Translations under genes and position numbers: made by a program
Shown here: positions 54,001-64,000 of the stretch, piece after piece
Numbering within the stretch: the first letter of the stretch is position 1
Layout of the letters: the number at the start of each line of letters is the position of its first letter
Notes under the pieces: generated by a model
Databases searched by the model: none
The model's input: only the letters and a program-made list of their open reading frames with translations
Told to the model about the DNA's origin: nothing
Origin: a virus
Lineage: Duplodnaviria > Caudoviricetes
IMG/VR virus record: IMGVR_UViG_3300031784_000002
Length of the DNA: 64,000 bases
Direction: 5' to 3' (one strand)

Positions 54001-57000
54001 ATGCCGCTAAGTAGATTAGAGAATTTCCTAAAAAATGCTGAGGGTAATATCCTATATGTTAACCCTTCTGATTTTGATGCTACTGATAGTATTGAGAATA
54101 GAGGTAACTCCTTAACTAGACCGTTTAGAACTATCCAGAGAGCTGTTCTGGAAGCGGCAAGATTTTCATATTTGGTAGGAAAGAATAACGATAAAATTGA
54201 TACTACAACTATTCTAGTTTATCCAGGCGTTCACTACATTGATAATAGACCTGGACATTCAATTACAAATCAAAGTGGTACTGCAGAATTTAAAAGATTT
54301 GTAAATGGATCTTGGACTACATCTGGCGCTACATTATCAGAATTCACATTGAATTCTAATTTTGATCTTTTTGATGAAGATAACGATTTATACAAATATA
54401 ATTCTACCGAAGGTGGTGTAATTCTACCTAGAGGTACTTCAATTGTTGGTCTAGATCTTAGAAAGACTAAGATTCGTCCAATGTATGTACCAGATCCACT
54501 GAATGATAATGTAGATCCTACAGCTGTGTTCAGAGTTACTGGTACTTGTTACTTTACGGCATTTAGTATTTTTGATGCTGATCCACAGAGGGCTTGTTAT
54601 AAGGATTCTACATCAAGAAAAGTTGTTCCAAACTATTCGCACCATAAACTAACTTGTTTTGAATATGCTGATGGTGTAAATCAAGTTAAGTTGGGATCTG
54701 AGCATACAGGTCTCACCGACTTGGATATGTATTACTATAAGGTTTCATATGCCTATGGTGATACTTCTGGAAGAGGTATTCCAAATTACCCAGTAAACAA
54801 TAGTTCAGACTTTGAGCCGTCTATTGATGAATATAGAATTGTTGGAGATCTTCGTGCTGATCCTATTGGAATTACGAGTATTAAGTCTGGTAATGGTATT
54901 GTAGCGACTACAACTATTACAGTAACAACTGATGTTCCACATAATTTATTCAAAGATACACCTGTTCTTATTACTGGAATTACAACAAGTGTTGATGAGT
55001 ATAATGGATCTTTCTTAGTTAGTGATGTAACAAGTGCAACAGAATTTAAATATGTTGCTCCATCAACTCCAGTTATAGCTCTACCAACATCAGGACAAAT
55101 TCTTAATGCTAGAGCTATTGTAGAGTCTGACAGCGTTTCTTCAGCTTCTCCATATATTTTCTCTTGTACATTGAGATCCGTTTATGGTATGAACGGACTT
55201 CATGCTGATGGTAACAAGGCAACAGGATTTAAATCCATGTTGACTGCTCAGTTTACTGGAATTTCTCTACAGAAAGATGACAATGCTTTCCTATTGTATG
55301 ATACGGAAACAGGGATATACAATGAAAATTTAACTGTTGACGACGCAGATAAACCACTTCATACAAATTCTAGGGCAATTTATAGACCTGGTTGGGAAAA
55401 CTTCCACATGAAGTGTAGTAATAATTCTATTCTTCAGTGTGTTTCTATTTTCGCAATCGGATTCGCAAGACACTTTGTAGCTGAATCTGGTGGTGACCAA
55501 TCTATTACTAACTCAAACTCAAACTTTGGCGCAGTTTCATTAGAAGCTGTGGGATTCAGACCAGAGTCGTTTGATAGAGACGATGTTGGTTATATTACAC
55601 ACGTAATTCCACCAAGAGACTTAACATTTAGAGAAACTAACGTAACTTGGTTGCCTCTTGATGTCAACAAGATTATTTCAGCTGCTAACACTGCAAGACT
55701 TTACATATCTGGTTATGACAGTTCGGACATTGCTCCACCATCACAGATTGACTCCTATAGAATTGGTGCAAAAGAGAATGAAGAGTTATATCTGTCTGTA
55801 ATCATTGGATCTCAACAAAATAACTTTAAAGCCCCAATTTTGATGCAGGTTCCTAGTGGAATCGGAACTTCGTCTAAAAAAGTATATACAGTTGGTAGAA
55901 ATTCAGGAATCAACAGTATTACCTCAAATATCCTAACTCTCCAGTCAAATCACCAATTTTTCAATGGAGAAAAGGTAAGAATTGTAAGTGACAATGGCGA
56001 TTTACCAGAAAATGTGGCTTCTGATAAAATTTATTATGCTTATACAACAGGATTATCAGCTAATCAAATTAGACTATCCTCCACATTAAATGATGCAAAC
56101 GCTGGAAATACTATCACCGGCATTTCCAATGGTGGTGGAAGACTCGAAGTAATCAGTTATGTTTCAGATAAACGACCAGGAGATGTAGGTCACCCGATAC
56201 AATATGATAGTACAGTAAGTAACTGGTATATTCAAAGTACACCAGTTACCCTATTCAACACCATTTATACTGGTATTGTAGGAATTGGATCAACTACACT
56301 AGGAACTCAAACTGGATCAACATTTATCACTAGAAGAATTGATAACAGAGGTCTAGATGATAGAATTTATAAGTTCCGTTATGTCATTCCAAAAGAATTT
56401 GTAGATGCTAGACCACCGACTGATGGATTTGTTCTTCAAGAATCAAAATCCGTAGGTATCAGTAGTGTATCTTATTTAACATCCGCACTCACAGATGTAA
56501 CTCAATTAAGAAATCCTAGAATAATTAAAACTATCAATTATTCTAGTGGTAGTGCGTTTGTAAAGACCGAATTGCCTCACAATCTTGTCATTGGTGATAC
56601 TGTAAAAATTTCAAACGTAGTAAGTTCAGCTCAAACTGTAGCATCTTATAATGGATCTTTTGAAGTTATTTCAATAACAAATTCAAAAGAGTTTGCCATT
56701 GGTGGTTTCGATGCCAGCCCTGGAACATTTTTAAATCAAACTAACCAAAGATCAACTCAACAACAAATTGAGGCTTTACCAACAATACAAAAGGAAAAGT
56801 CTAGAGACAGTATTTACATCTATAGAAGTCAAGAAATTAAACCATTCATTCCTGGTGCTGGTGGTCAGGATGGAATTTATAACATTATTGCACTATCTGG
56901 TAGTATTAAACCAAATTCTAAGGTTGGATTTGGTTTAAGTAATACCAACTTTAACCAAGACGTAAGAAATCTATATCCACAAATAGACAGAGATAATTAC

Positions 57001-60000
57001 AACTCTGATCCACTACCCACATTAAGTTATGCTGAACTATATCCAACTGGAATCGTCAAAACAAGTGATAAGAAAAACTCTCTTACTAAAGAATCTTTAA
57101 ACCATTTCTTCGATAATAACAGAGTTGGATATGCAATTACTGGAGCAGTAATTACTGGATCTGGAAACACAACTATCACACTCTTTACAGATATTGATCA
57201 TAATCTAAATTCAATTAGATCTCTAACCTTAACAAACGCAGGTTCTGGTTATAACAACAGTGCTGGAGTTACAAGTGCAATTTATTCCGCTGAGTTAATT
57301 AACAATTTCATTACTGGAAAAAATGCTACCGTAAAAGTAACTATTTCAGTTGGAAATACTATTTCATCTGTAGAAATCGTTGATCCCGGTTCAGTATATG
57401 GAATCGGAAATACTATGACCATTTCTGCGGATCCTGCAGGAGCTCCTTCAACTTATGCTGTTGTTCAAGTTGCATCCATTAACAACAATATTGGCGATTC
57501 TCTAGAATTGAGTGGATTCATGGAACCACTCATGAATGGAACATTCAGAATCATAGATGTTCCTTCAACTAAAACTATCGCCTTAATCAGAGAAGGTGGT
57601 CTACCTTCAGCGACTTATCGAACCAGAAATGATGAAAGATTGCCAATTGCATATCTATCCGCAAAAGGAGTTGGAGTAAGTACCATCAGACTTAATGGTA
57701 CAGTTGGAATTACAACAGTAGTTTGTTCGGAAGGTCATGGACTTCTCCCTGGTAATACATTCACTCTTGTTGGGGTAGGAAATACATACTTCTCTAAGAA
57801 ATTCATTGTTAATGAATCTTTAGGTATTACCTCATTCACATTTAGTTCCGGAATTACTACAGTTACTCAAACTTGGAATTTAACTGGAGTAACTGCACAT
57901 AAATCAACTCTTTCTGCAAATGGAAGAGCTCTAGGATCTGGAGAAGAAAATCTTGGTGGAAGAGGTAACTTCTTATACGCTGGAATCACTACTACAATAT
58001 CAACTCCAATCACTTCGACAGACAGTTCTATAACATTAACAAGTGCTAATGGATTTAAGAAGGGTGACTTTATTTCTATAAATTCTGAAATTATTAGACT
58101 TTCAAGTGATCCTGCAGGAAATACATTCAATGTTCTAAGAGGACAATTTTCAACAGTTGCTGGTTCTGGTGGTTCGGGTTCAGTAGTAAGAAAGATCCGT
58201 ATTCTTCCAGTAGAAATTCGTAGACCATCTATTCTTCGTGCATCTGGACATACATTTGAATATCTTGGATACGGTCCTGGTAACTATTCAACAGGTTTAC
58301 CTGTAAAACAAGACAGGATCTTAAGTACAGATGAAAGTCTAGTTTCTCAAGCACGAGAACAGGACGGTGGTACAGTCGTTTATACTGGCATGAACGACAG
58401 AGGTGAATTTTATACTGGTGCTTCAAAAGTTAATGGTGCAACTGGTGAAGAAGAGACTGTTGACGCTCCCGTTGTTTCATTCTTTGGAGATGATTTACTA
58501 ACAGGTACTGAAAAGAGAAACAGTGGTGTTTTTGATGACCTAGTTGTTAAAGAAAGAATCACCGTTGAAGGTGGTGAAAATAACAACCAAACATCTCAGT
58601 TCTACGGACCAGTTAACTTCTCTCAAAAGGTAACTAGCTCTGCTGACGATGGACTTGAGACTAGAGATCTATACATCAAGGGTCTTGCATCTCAACCAAA
58701 GCTTCTAACCGTTGGTATTTCAACTCCAACAGACGCTAAGAAGACTGGAGATATCTCATTCCTAGCTAACCCAGACCCTGCTGGATATATTGGTCACGTT
58801 TATGCTGATGGTGATTGGCGTCGTTGGGGAATGATTTCTCAAGATAAGAATAGAGATTACCTCAAGTTAGATCAGGTTGCTATTGGTCAGTCTGCTGGTG
58901 TTTATAACTTCTCCGACGCACTAGAAGTTAATGGAACGGTTAAGGTTAGAAACCTCTATGTGGGTGGTGCTGTTACATTCGCTGGTGCTCAGGCAATCGG
59001 TAACGCTTCATTTGATAATATTACAGTCAATAATACAACTGTATTCTCTGGAGTTGGAACAAATTATACAATTAGAACAACTAATGCAAATACAATTGCA
59101 CAATTCCAAAACATAGAAGTTATTGGAACTGCTGCAACATTTACAAATGCAACGGTAAGATTTGAGAATTCTTTCAATTCCGTATTCACTGGAGTATCTA
59201 CTGTTGCTGGAACTTTAGTTGTTGGTAATTTGTCTGTGCCAGCTGGAATTATTTCCGCATCAAATATGATTATTGATAATCTAAACGTTAATAGATTATC
59301 AGTATCTACAGAAGCTTCAATACTATCTGGTATTATTACTGCAATTAGAACCAGATATATTGGTGGTGGCATTGGAACATTCCCATCTCTAGCATGTTTT
59401 AATGTTGGTGTTGTTACTTCATTGACTGGCGTTGCTTGTACAATTACTACAATTAATGGTACTAATGCTTTCATTACAGGTATCAGAGCTAATACATCTT
59501 TTGCAACTCCTCTTGCAACAATTAACACTGGTATTATTACAAACTTCGCAAGCACAGTTGCAGGAATTACAAGTGCATATGTAGTTACTGGATTCACAAC
59601 TACTGAAATTATTAGTAATTGGATCGGTGCTCCAACTGCTTATACTAATGTTGGATTTACTACTACTGCCGTTGTTACAGGTTGGATGGGGGCTCCAACT
59701 GCTTACGTCAACAGTGGTATTATCACTACTCTCAGTGGTACAACAGCTACCTACCAAAATGGACAATTTACTGGAGCACTACGATTAAACGGTACTGCAA
59801 CAGGACAGGGTATTTACGCAAATATTGGTATTATTAGTGCCTTTGGACCTGGTGCTACAAATCCAACTGCTGGTAGCATGAATATCAACTGTGGACCTTC
59901 TGGAGATATTACTGGAAGAGTAATCACTTCTACAGTTGCAACTGGAACAGCTCCATTAGTTGTTACATCAACAACGGAGGTAGCAAACTTAAACGCGAGT

Positions 60001-60510
60001 AGAATTGGTGGAAGACTGCCTGCAGGATTCTTAAGAGGTGTTGTTGATGTATGGCAGACATCTGATGACGGTAAGAATAGATTGTATTTTGGAAACAACT
60101 CCAAAACATATTTTGGATCAGCTGGCAGTGGATATGAATTTAGATCCAGTACCGATACCACTATCATCACAATAGACAATAGTGGAAATGCTTCATTTAC
60201 TGGAGAAGTTACCGCAAGTTCTGATGAAAGAATCAAAACCAACATCAAAACTATTGAAAATGGTTTAGATAAGGTTGTTCAACTTCGTGGTGTCGAATAT
60301 GATCGTATTGACATTGAATCTCATCAAATTGGTGTAATTGCACAAGAAGTTGAAAAAGTTCTGCCAAATATTGTTCATACAGATGAAAGGGGAATGAAGT
60401 CAGTTGCTTATGGTAATCTAACTGCAGTTCTAATTGAAGCAATCAAAGAACTTAAAGGCGAGATCTCCGAACTTCGTGCAGAATTGAATGAATTAAAGGG
60501 TACTAAATAA
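54001..60510 (+). CDS. Long tail fibre/virion protein with C-terminal peptidase S74 chaperone
   Basis: MPLSRLENFL...RPFRTIQRA N-terminus; C-terminal SDERIK...GVIAQEVE..VAYGNL..LIEAIKEL; CTAAATA at 53960. Confidence 0.85.
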   Translation: MPLSRLENFLKNAEGNILYVNPSDFDATDSIENRGNSLTRPFRTIQRAVLEAARFSYLVGKNNDKIDTTTILVYPGVHYIDNRPGHSITNQSGTAEFKRFVNGSWTTSGATLSEFTLNSNFDLFDEDNDLYKYNSTEGGVILPRGTSIVGLDLRKTKIRPMYVPDPLNDNVDPTAVFRVTGTCYFTAFSIFDADPQRACYKDSTSRKVVPNYSHHKLTCFEYADGVNQVKLGSEHTGLTDLDMYYYKVSYAYGDTSGRGIPNYPVNNSSDFEPSIDEYRIVGDLRADPIGITSIKSGNGIVATTTITVTTDVPHNLFKDTPVLITGITTSVDEYNGSFLVSDVTSATEFKYVAPSTPVIALPTSGQILNARAIVESDSVSSASPYIFSCTLRSVYGMNGLHADGNKATGFKSMLTAQFTGISLQKDDNAFLLYDTETGIYNENLTVDDADKPLHTNSRAIYRPGWENFHMKCSNNSILQCVSIFAIGFARHFVAESGGDQSITNSNSNFGAVSLEAVGFRPESFDRDDVGYITHVIPPRDLTFRETNVTWLPLDVNKIISAANTARLYISGYDSSDIAPPSQIDSYRIGAKENEELYLSVIIGSQQNNFKAPILMQVPSGIGTSSKKVYTVGRNSGINSITSNILTLQSNHQFFNGEKVRIVSDNGDLPENVASDKIYYAYTTGLSANQIRLSSTLNDANAGNTITGISNGGGRLEVISYVSDKRPGDVGHPIQYDSTVSNWYIQSTPVTLFNTIYTGIVGIGSTTLGTQTGSTFITRRIDNRGLDDRIYKFRYVIPKEFVDARPPTDGFVLQESKSVGISSVSYLTSALTDVTQLRNPRIIKTINYSSGSAFVKTELPHNLVIGDTVKISNVVSSAQTVASYNGSFEVISITNSKEFAIGGFDASPGTFLNQTNQRSTQQQIEALPTIQKEKSRDSIYIYRSQEIKPFIPGAGGQDGIYNIIALSGSIKPNSKVGFGLSNTNFNQDVRNLYPQIDRDNYNSDPLPTLSYAELYPTGIVKTSDKKNSLTKESLNHFFDNNRVGYAITGAVITGSGNTTITLFTDIDHNLNSIRSLTLTNAGSGYNNSAGVTSAIYSAELINNFITGKNATVKVTISVGNTISSVEIVDPGSVYGIGNTMTISADPAGAPSTYAVVQVASINNNIGDSLELSGFMEPLMNGTFRIIDVPSTKTIALIREGGLPSATYRTRNDERLPIAYLSAKGVGVSTIRLNGTVGITTVVCSEGHGLLPGNTFTLVGVGNTYFSKKFIVNESLGITSFTFSSGITTVTQTWNLTGVTAHKSTLSANGRALGSGEENLGGRGNFLYAGITTTISTPITSTDSSITLTSANGFKKGDFISINSEIIRLSSDPAGNTFNVLRGQFSTVAGSGGSGSVVRKIRILPVEIRRPSILRASGHTFEYLGYGPGNYSTGLPVKQDRILSTDESLVSQAREQDGGTVVYTGMNDRGEFYTGASKVNGATGEEETVDAPVVSFFGDDLLTGTEKRNSGVFDDLVVKERITVEGGENNNQTSQFYGPVNFSQKVTSSADDGLETRDLYIKGLASQPKLLTVGISTPTDAKKTGDISFLANPDPAGYIGHVYADGDWRRWGMISQDKNRDYLKLDQVAIGQSAGVYNFSDALEVNGTVKVRNLYVGGAVTFAGAQAIGNASFDNITVNNTTVFSGVGTNYTIRTTNANTIAQFQNIEVIGTAATFTNATVRFENSFNSVFTGVSTVAGTLVVGNLSVPAGIISASNMIIDNLNVNRLSVSTEASILSGIITAIRTRYIGGGIGTFPSLACFNVGVVTSLTGVACTITTINGTNAFITGIRANTSFATPLATINTGIITNFASTVAGITSAYVVTGFTTTEIISNWIGAPTAYTNVGFTTTAVVTGWMGAPTAYVNSGIITTLSGTTATYQNGQFTGALRLNGTATGQGIYANIGIISAFGPGATNPTAGSMNINCGPSGDITGRVITSTVATGTAPLVVTSTTEVANLNASRIGGRLPAGFLRGVVDVWQTSDDGKNRLYFGNNSKTYFGSAGSGYEFRSSTDTTIITIDNSGNASFTGEVTASSDERIKTNIKTIENGLDKVVQLRGVEYDRIDIESHQIGVIAQEVEKVLPNIVHTDERGMKSVAYGNLTAVLIEAIKELKGEISELRAELNELKGTK

Positions 60511-60539
60511 ATCGTCAGAGTTATTTTGATTTGAAACAC

Positions 60540-60701
60540 ATGGATGATAAAGCGCAACAAATGTCTGCACAACTTACTGAACGTGCTGAAACACTAAGAG
60601 AAGAGCTAATTGAACTTGAAAGACAATTCAACATTAAAAAAGAAGAGTTTTTCAAAGTTCAAGGAGCTCTAGAGGCAATTCAAGCTATGTCTCAGGATTG
60701 A
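60540..60701 (+). CDS. Small coiled-coil protein
   Basis: Hand-read MDDKAQQMSAQLTERAETLREEL...QGALEA; CTAAATA at 60503. Confidence 0.65.
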   Translation: MDDKAQQMSAQLTERAETLREELIELERQFNIKKEEFFKVQGALEAIQAMSQD

Positions 60702-60730
60702 AACCTCACAGAGTTATTATAAAAAGAATC

Positions 60731-60766
60731 AAGGGGCTTTGTCAAGATTGACAAATGCCCTTTTTT
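60731..60766 (+). terminator. Terminator hairpin overlapping a TTGACA box
   Basis: GGGC-TTTGTCAA-ga-TTGACAAA-t-GCCC then T6. Confidence 0.7.
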
Positions 60767-60794
60767 ACTTTATAACTAAACTATTTGATTTAAA

Positions 60795-61070
60795 ATGACT
60801 GATAAAACACCAGAATTTATAGATCCAAAACAATATCCAGATTTTTGGGAACAGATGAAAAACTTCAAGGAGTTTGCTAAGTCTGTTGGTCAAGATGCTG
60901 TAGAAGGAGATGGAATTTTTGTCTCGGAAGAAAAAAGAAAAAAAAGAGAAGAGGTTTGTATTAATTGTTCTCAATTTAATCCAGAAAGTAAAAGATGTTA
61001 TCTTTGCGGATGTTATATGGAGGTCAAATGGAAGTTTAAGTCTGCTGACTGTCCGATTAATATGTGGTGA
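60795..61070 (+). CDS. Cys-rich small protein
   Basis: CINC...RCYLCGCY...K...CPINMW. Confidence 0.75.
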   Translation: MTDKTPEFIDPKQYPDFWEQMKNFKEFAKSVGQDAVEGDGIFVSEEKRKKREEVCINCSQFNPESKRCYLCGCYMEVKWKFKSADCPINMW

Positions 61071-61074
61071 TCGC

Positions 61075-61103
61075 TTGACAAATTCCTAAATATCCAGTAT
61101 TGT
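61075..61103 (+). promoter_or_regulatory. sigma70 promoter
   Basis: TTGACA-N17-TATTGT. Confidence 0.6.
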
Positions 61104-61124
61104 AGACGGACATCATATAAAACC

Positions 61125-61514
61125 ATGAAAAAACTACTACTTTTACCTCTAGTTTTCTCATTGTTCTCAGTGCCTGTAAAGGCTCAACAAGTTAATGACT
61201 ATCAGACCTGCACAAAGTATCGTGAGGTCTATAATCCTGGATATTACGACGCAAATGGAAATTATGTTCAAGGAAATGTTTCTACTCAGTCATACCAAGT
61301 CCCTTGCGGAACTGGACCCATCAATTATCAGCCACGCGGAACTGTTTACAGTCGGGGTTATTATAATCGCGGCGGTTATTGTAATCCTACGCAGAGTGCG
61401 CTAGGCGCACTTCTAGGGGGTGGTGTGGGTGCTGCACTGTCTAGAGGTGATGGAAGATGGTGGGCGGTCCCTGTAGGCGCTGCCGTGGGCGGTGCAATGT
61501 TTGGATGTAACTAA
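61125..61514 (+). CDS. Secreted protein with glycine-zipper 2TM domain
   Basis: Signal peptide; GALLGGGVGAAL...AVPVGAAVGG. Confidence 0.75.
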   Translation: MKKLLLLPLVFSLFSVPVKAQQVNDYQTCTKYREVYNPGYYDANGNYVQGNVSTQSYQVPCGTGPINYQPRGTVYSRGYYNRGGYCNPTQSALGALLGGGVGAALSRGDGRWWAVPVGAAVGGAMFGCN

Positions 61515-61515
61515 C

Positions 61516-61812
61516 ATGAATCTCTTCAACTATAAACATCGTGAAGACTTTGGGGATGAGTGGTATATTCAACTTCTGAATACTGGAAGGCATGTTCCAA
61601 AGTTCATGAAGAACTGGTCACTTCTACAAGCATCAGTCAGTTGGAATGACTATCCTGGATGGCCTTATCTTCAAATCACATTTGGATCTAATGGTTTCTT
61701 TAGTATTCTTTTGTGGGTTTATAAGTTTGGATTAGATGTAGATATTCTTTCCCGTACTTGGAGATGGGATCATGTGGAGAACATAGATGAAAACGAAATT
61801 GAACTGGTTTGA
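61516..61812 (+). CDS. Hypothetical protein
   Basis: Likely start MNLFNYKHREDFG. Confidence 0.7.
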   Translation: MNLFNYKHREDFGDEWYIQLLNTGRHVPKFMKNWSLLQASVSWNDYPGWPYLQITFGSNGFFSILLWVYKFGLDVDILSRTWRWDHVENIDENEIELV

Positions 61813-62140
61813 GTATTACTTCGGTCATTGTTTCCAGACTGGATGGAGAGAAATCTGGAATAACTTTAAGATGTGGAGAGATCTGATCAGTGGAAACTAT
61901 GATGATTATGCTATACTGAGTCAAGATGATCCATACGAAGAATGTTATAATTGGTTTTGGACAAGTATCAACCTAGATGAAACCTATCCCAAAGAATTTC
62001 TTGAGTATCTGATGGAAATGTGTGATAGAATTGATAGAGGTGAAGAGAAAGTATATCCACTTGATGAAGACTTTTTTGATAGAATAAAAGAACTTACTGA
62101 TGGTGTTGATGTAGATTTGTTTGATGATGAGGACACTTGA
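61787..62140 (+). CDS. Hypothetical protein
   Basis: ORF track. Confidence 0.7.
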   Translation: MKTKLNWFEYYFGHCFQTGWREIWNNFKMWRDLISGNYDDYAILSQDDPYEECYNWFWTSINLDETYPKEFLEYLMEMCDRIDRGEEKVYPLDEDFFDRIKELTDGVDVDLFDDEDT

Positions 62141-62187
62141 TGAGCTGTCCATTGACCCTTGACTTCTGTGGTCAAGGGTTTTACTAT
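62131..62187 (+). promoter_or_regulatory. Early-type promoter with upstream palindrome
   Basis: GGACA-cttgatgagc-TGTCC; TTGACT-N17-TACTAT; inverted repeat ACCCTTGAC/GTCAAGGGT over the -35. Confidence 0.6.
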
Positions 62188-62209
62188 AGCCATATAAATC
62201 TCCAGATTC

Positions 62210-62791
62210 ATGACTTACGAAGCCACTCTGAAAGTTAAGTTTGATACCAAATTCGTCAATCATTCCACCTATGGTGTATATGATGATGAGATTCTTCCTG
62301 AAGAACATTATACTTTTGAGATTCCTGTTGACGACATCAATACCATTCAACTCTTTCGTTTCTTTGGAACGATTGCCCGCACGATGGGACATAATGAACT
62401 CGGTATTATGAAAGGTGCTTGTTCACTTGCATTTAATGATATGCGTAGTGAAGAGGACATGAAGAAGATTGCGGAAGAATTTGATCTGAAACTTTCTGAA
62501 GATTATTCTAAAGAACTTTGTGAGAATGAAAAAGAAATTCTCAAACTGAAATTTGAGATCAGTGATTTGAAAGCTAAACTTTCTCGCCTTGAACAACCAG
62601 AGAATCCTCAATATACTGATGAAGAAATAGATGCAATGACAGAGGATCAAATGAAACATTGGAAAGGTCTTGTTCCTGGTAGTTATGCTGCTGTTGAAAA
62701 TGGATGTAAGTGTCCTGTAATGGATAATGAAGAAATGCCTGATGATCGTAAATGGGTGAATGGTGATTGCCCTCTTCATGGTAAAAAGTGA
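62210..62791 (+). CDS. Composite hypothetical protein with C-terminal Cys/His cluster
   Basis: GCKCP...DCPLHG. Confidence 0.7.
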   Translation: MTYEATLKVKFDTKFVNHSTYGVYDDEILPEEHYTFEIPVDDINTIQLFRFFGTIARTMGHNELGIMKGACSLAFNDMRSEEDMKKIAEEFDLKLSEDYSKELCENEKEILKLKFEISDLKAKLSRLEQPENPQYTDEEIDAMTEDQMKHWKGLVPGSYAAVENGCKCPVMDNEEMPDDRKWVNGDCPLHGKK

Positions 62792-63075
62792 TGAGAACTG
62801 ATCAAGAAATCCTTGATAATGCAGCACTCAAGGTATCACAAATCCTTCGAATCTCTGTAGGAGAGATTGATAAGACCAAGTTCGTGTATTTGTATACTTT
62901 ACTCTACAACATGATGGGTCAGGGCCCAGATGGTCAACCTTGTGAGGAAGGTGATCTAAACATGAGACACTGGTTGAATACTCACAATAGCCACTTGGGA
63001 TTCTGTCCTGCAGCCCGCTTGACGGATGAGGGTTCTATGCGTATGATCATCTCATATCTTGAGAGTTTCCTATGA
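62788..63075 (+). CDS. Xre/MbcA/ParS antitoxin C-terminal-like protein
   Basis: HWLNTHNSHLGFCPAARLTDEGSMRMIISYLE resembles W..pn..Lg..P...l.t..G...v..yL. Confidence 0.5.
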   Translation: MMRTDQEILDNAALKVSQILRISVGEIDKTKFVYLYTLLYNMMGQGPDGQPCEEGDLNMRHWLNTHNSHLGFCPAARLTDEGSMRMIISYLESFL

Positions 63076-63257
63076 AACCCAACTTCCGTAAAGTTCTAGA
63101 AATGGCACTTGAAGAAGGTGTCCGTTTCGGTTATCATCGTGCCCACAAACATGTAGAGAATCCACACGAAGATGCAGTGGTTGATCTTGTTGTGGAGGGT
63201 GCGATGAACTCTATTTACGAATGGTTTGAATTTGAGGAGAATCATGTCTCTAATTGA
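63072..63257 (+). CDS. Hypothetical protein
   Basis: ORF track; coupled. Confidence 0.7.
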   Translation: MKPNFRKVLEMALEEGVRFGYHRAHKHVENPHEDAVVDLVVEGAMNSIYEWFEFEENHVSN

Positions 63258-63453
63258 TACACTAGAATACTTCATTGATGATACCAGAGCACGTTGTTCT
63301 GATATTGAATGGGAGATCCGTGAGGAAGGTAACTATGCTCATGAAGAAGACCATACATCACGATTTGATTACTTCTGTGAAGAGTATGATGAGGCTAAAG
63401 CACGTTTAGATGATCTCATGCAAATCAAATCTATTATTGAGGCACAACAATGA
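63244..63453 (+). CDS. Hypothetical protein
   Basis: Likely start MSLIDTLEYF. Confidence 0.65.
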   Translation: MSLIDTLEYFIDDTRARCSDIEWEIREEGNYAHEEDHTSRFDYFCEEYDEAKARLDDLMQIKSIIEAQQ

Positions 63454-63710
63454 AAATCAAATTTAACGGACACTCTCCCACTGAATGTGAGGTAGAGTTT
63501 GACAAAGACGACCAAGTGCGCCTGTTTGAGATTATGAAACAAGAGTTTATTGAACATATTACTTACTCTAAGTTTAGTAATCTCAGTTATCCTACACACA
63601 CTGAACGACAACTCGAAAACTTCTGTAAAAATTATGGTGTAGACATCGAGTATTCAAAAGACCGTATAGCATTCTTCACTGCCCTTATCAAGGAGATGAA
63701 ATTCCAATGA
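63450..63710 (+). CDS. Hypothetical protein
   Basis: ORF track; coupled. Confidence 0.65.
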   Translation: MKIKFNGHSPTECEVEFDKDDQVRLFEIMKQEFIEHITYSKFSNLSYPTHTERQLENFCKNYGVDIEYSKDRIAFFTALIKEMKFQ

Positions 63711-64000
63711 GCGGAGGACACTTTGGAAACTGCGGTTATGATTACTACAAGGTATCTCAGTTTGCTGATGAGTTGGAAGTAGAAATCCAGGACAAAAAGG
63801 ATGAGTATGGGCATTCCTATAACTTTTCACCAGAAACTATCAACTACTTGAGGAATCAACTTATTCCGATGCGTAAGATGGCAGAGATCATGAGGCACAT
63901 TGATTATCTGTATTCGGGTGATCATGGTGAAGATAGTTTTATGTATCGTGTAAAAGAAGTTGAGAAACACTGGAAAGAGTGTGAAGACCTTGCTACTCGT
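63707..64000 (+). CDS. Hypothetical protein, runs off the window end
   Basis: Hand-read MSGGHFGNCGYDYYKVSQFADELEVEI...YLYSGDHGEDSF. Confidence 0.65.
   Translation, partial: MSGGHFGNCGYDYYKVSQFADELEVEIQDKKDEYGHSYNFSPETINYLRNQLIPMRKMAEIMRHIDYLYSGDHGEDSFMYRVKEVEKHWKECEDLATR

Noticed and set aside
59064-60248. Long minus-strand ORFs within the fibre gene, and similar ones within gp48, gp5 and the hub genes
   Set aside because: Antisense by-products of Thr/Gly/Ala-rich codon bias

Overview
64 kb of a T4-like cyanophage (cyanomyovirus) genome, AT-rich and mostly + strand. The host is probably Synechococcus/Cyanobium, inferred from the long D1 C-terminal extension. In order, the window holds: the 3' part of psbA, psbD and a thioredoxin; a run of small accessory genes with tRNA-Ala, a fucosyltransferase-like gene and a radical SAM gene; a late-promoter block of two paralogous fibre-like genes, a double 2OG-Fe(II) oxygenase, four GT25 glycosyltransferases, a short DegT aminotransferase, an amidinotransferase and a NodU-type carbamoyltransferase; HNH, glutaredoxin and speD; a small nitrogen-sensing-like module; thyX; two GT2/GT7C glycosyltransferases; the core block phoH-exonuclease-gp33-gp59-gp32; baseplate/tail genes (gp53, gp48, gp2, gp4 on the minus strand; gp54-like, gp26, gp51, hub proteins, cp12, gp5 on the plus strand); three tRNAs; a Mom-like GNAT; a 2169-aa fibre with an S74 chaperone; and early-type small genes. 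Two features stand out. (1) An NtcA-like box and sigma70 promoter drive two tandem glutamine-II (Downstream-peptide)-like RNA folds, each with a whole ORF nested in its variable loop, ahead of a DUF4278-like YRG protein. (2) A translationally coupled glycan-tailoring operon could make an amidino/carbamoyl amino-sugar. All family assignments come from motif recognition by eye; no searches were run.
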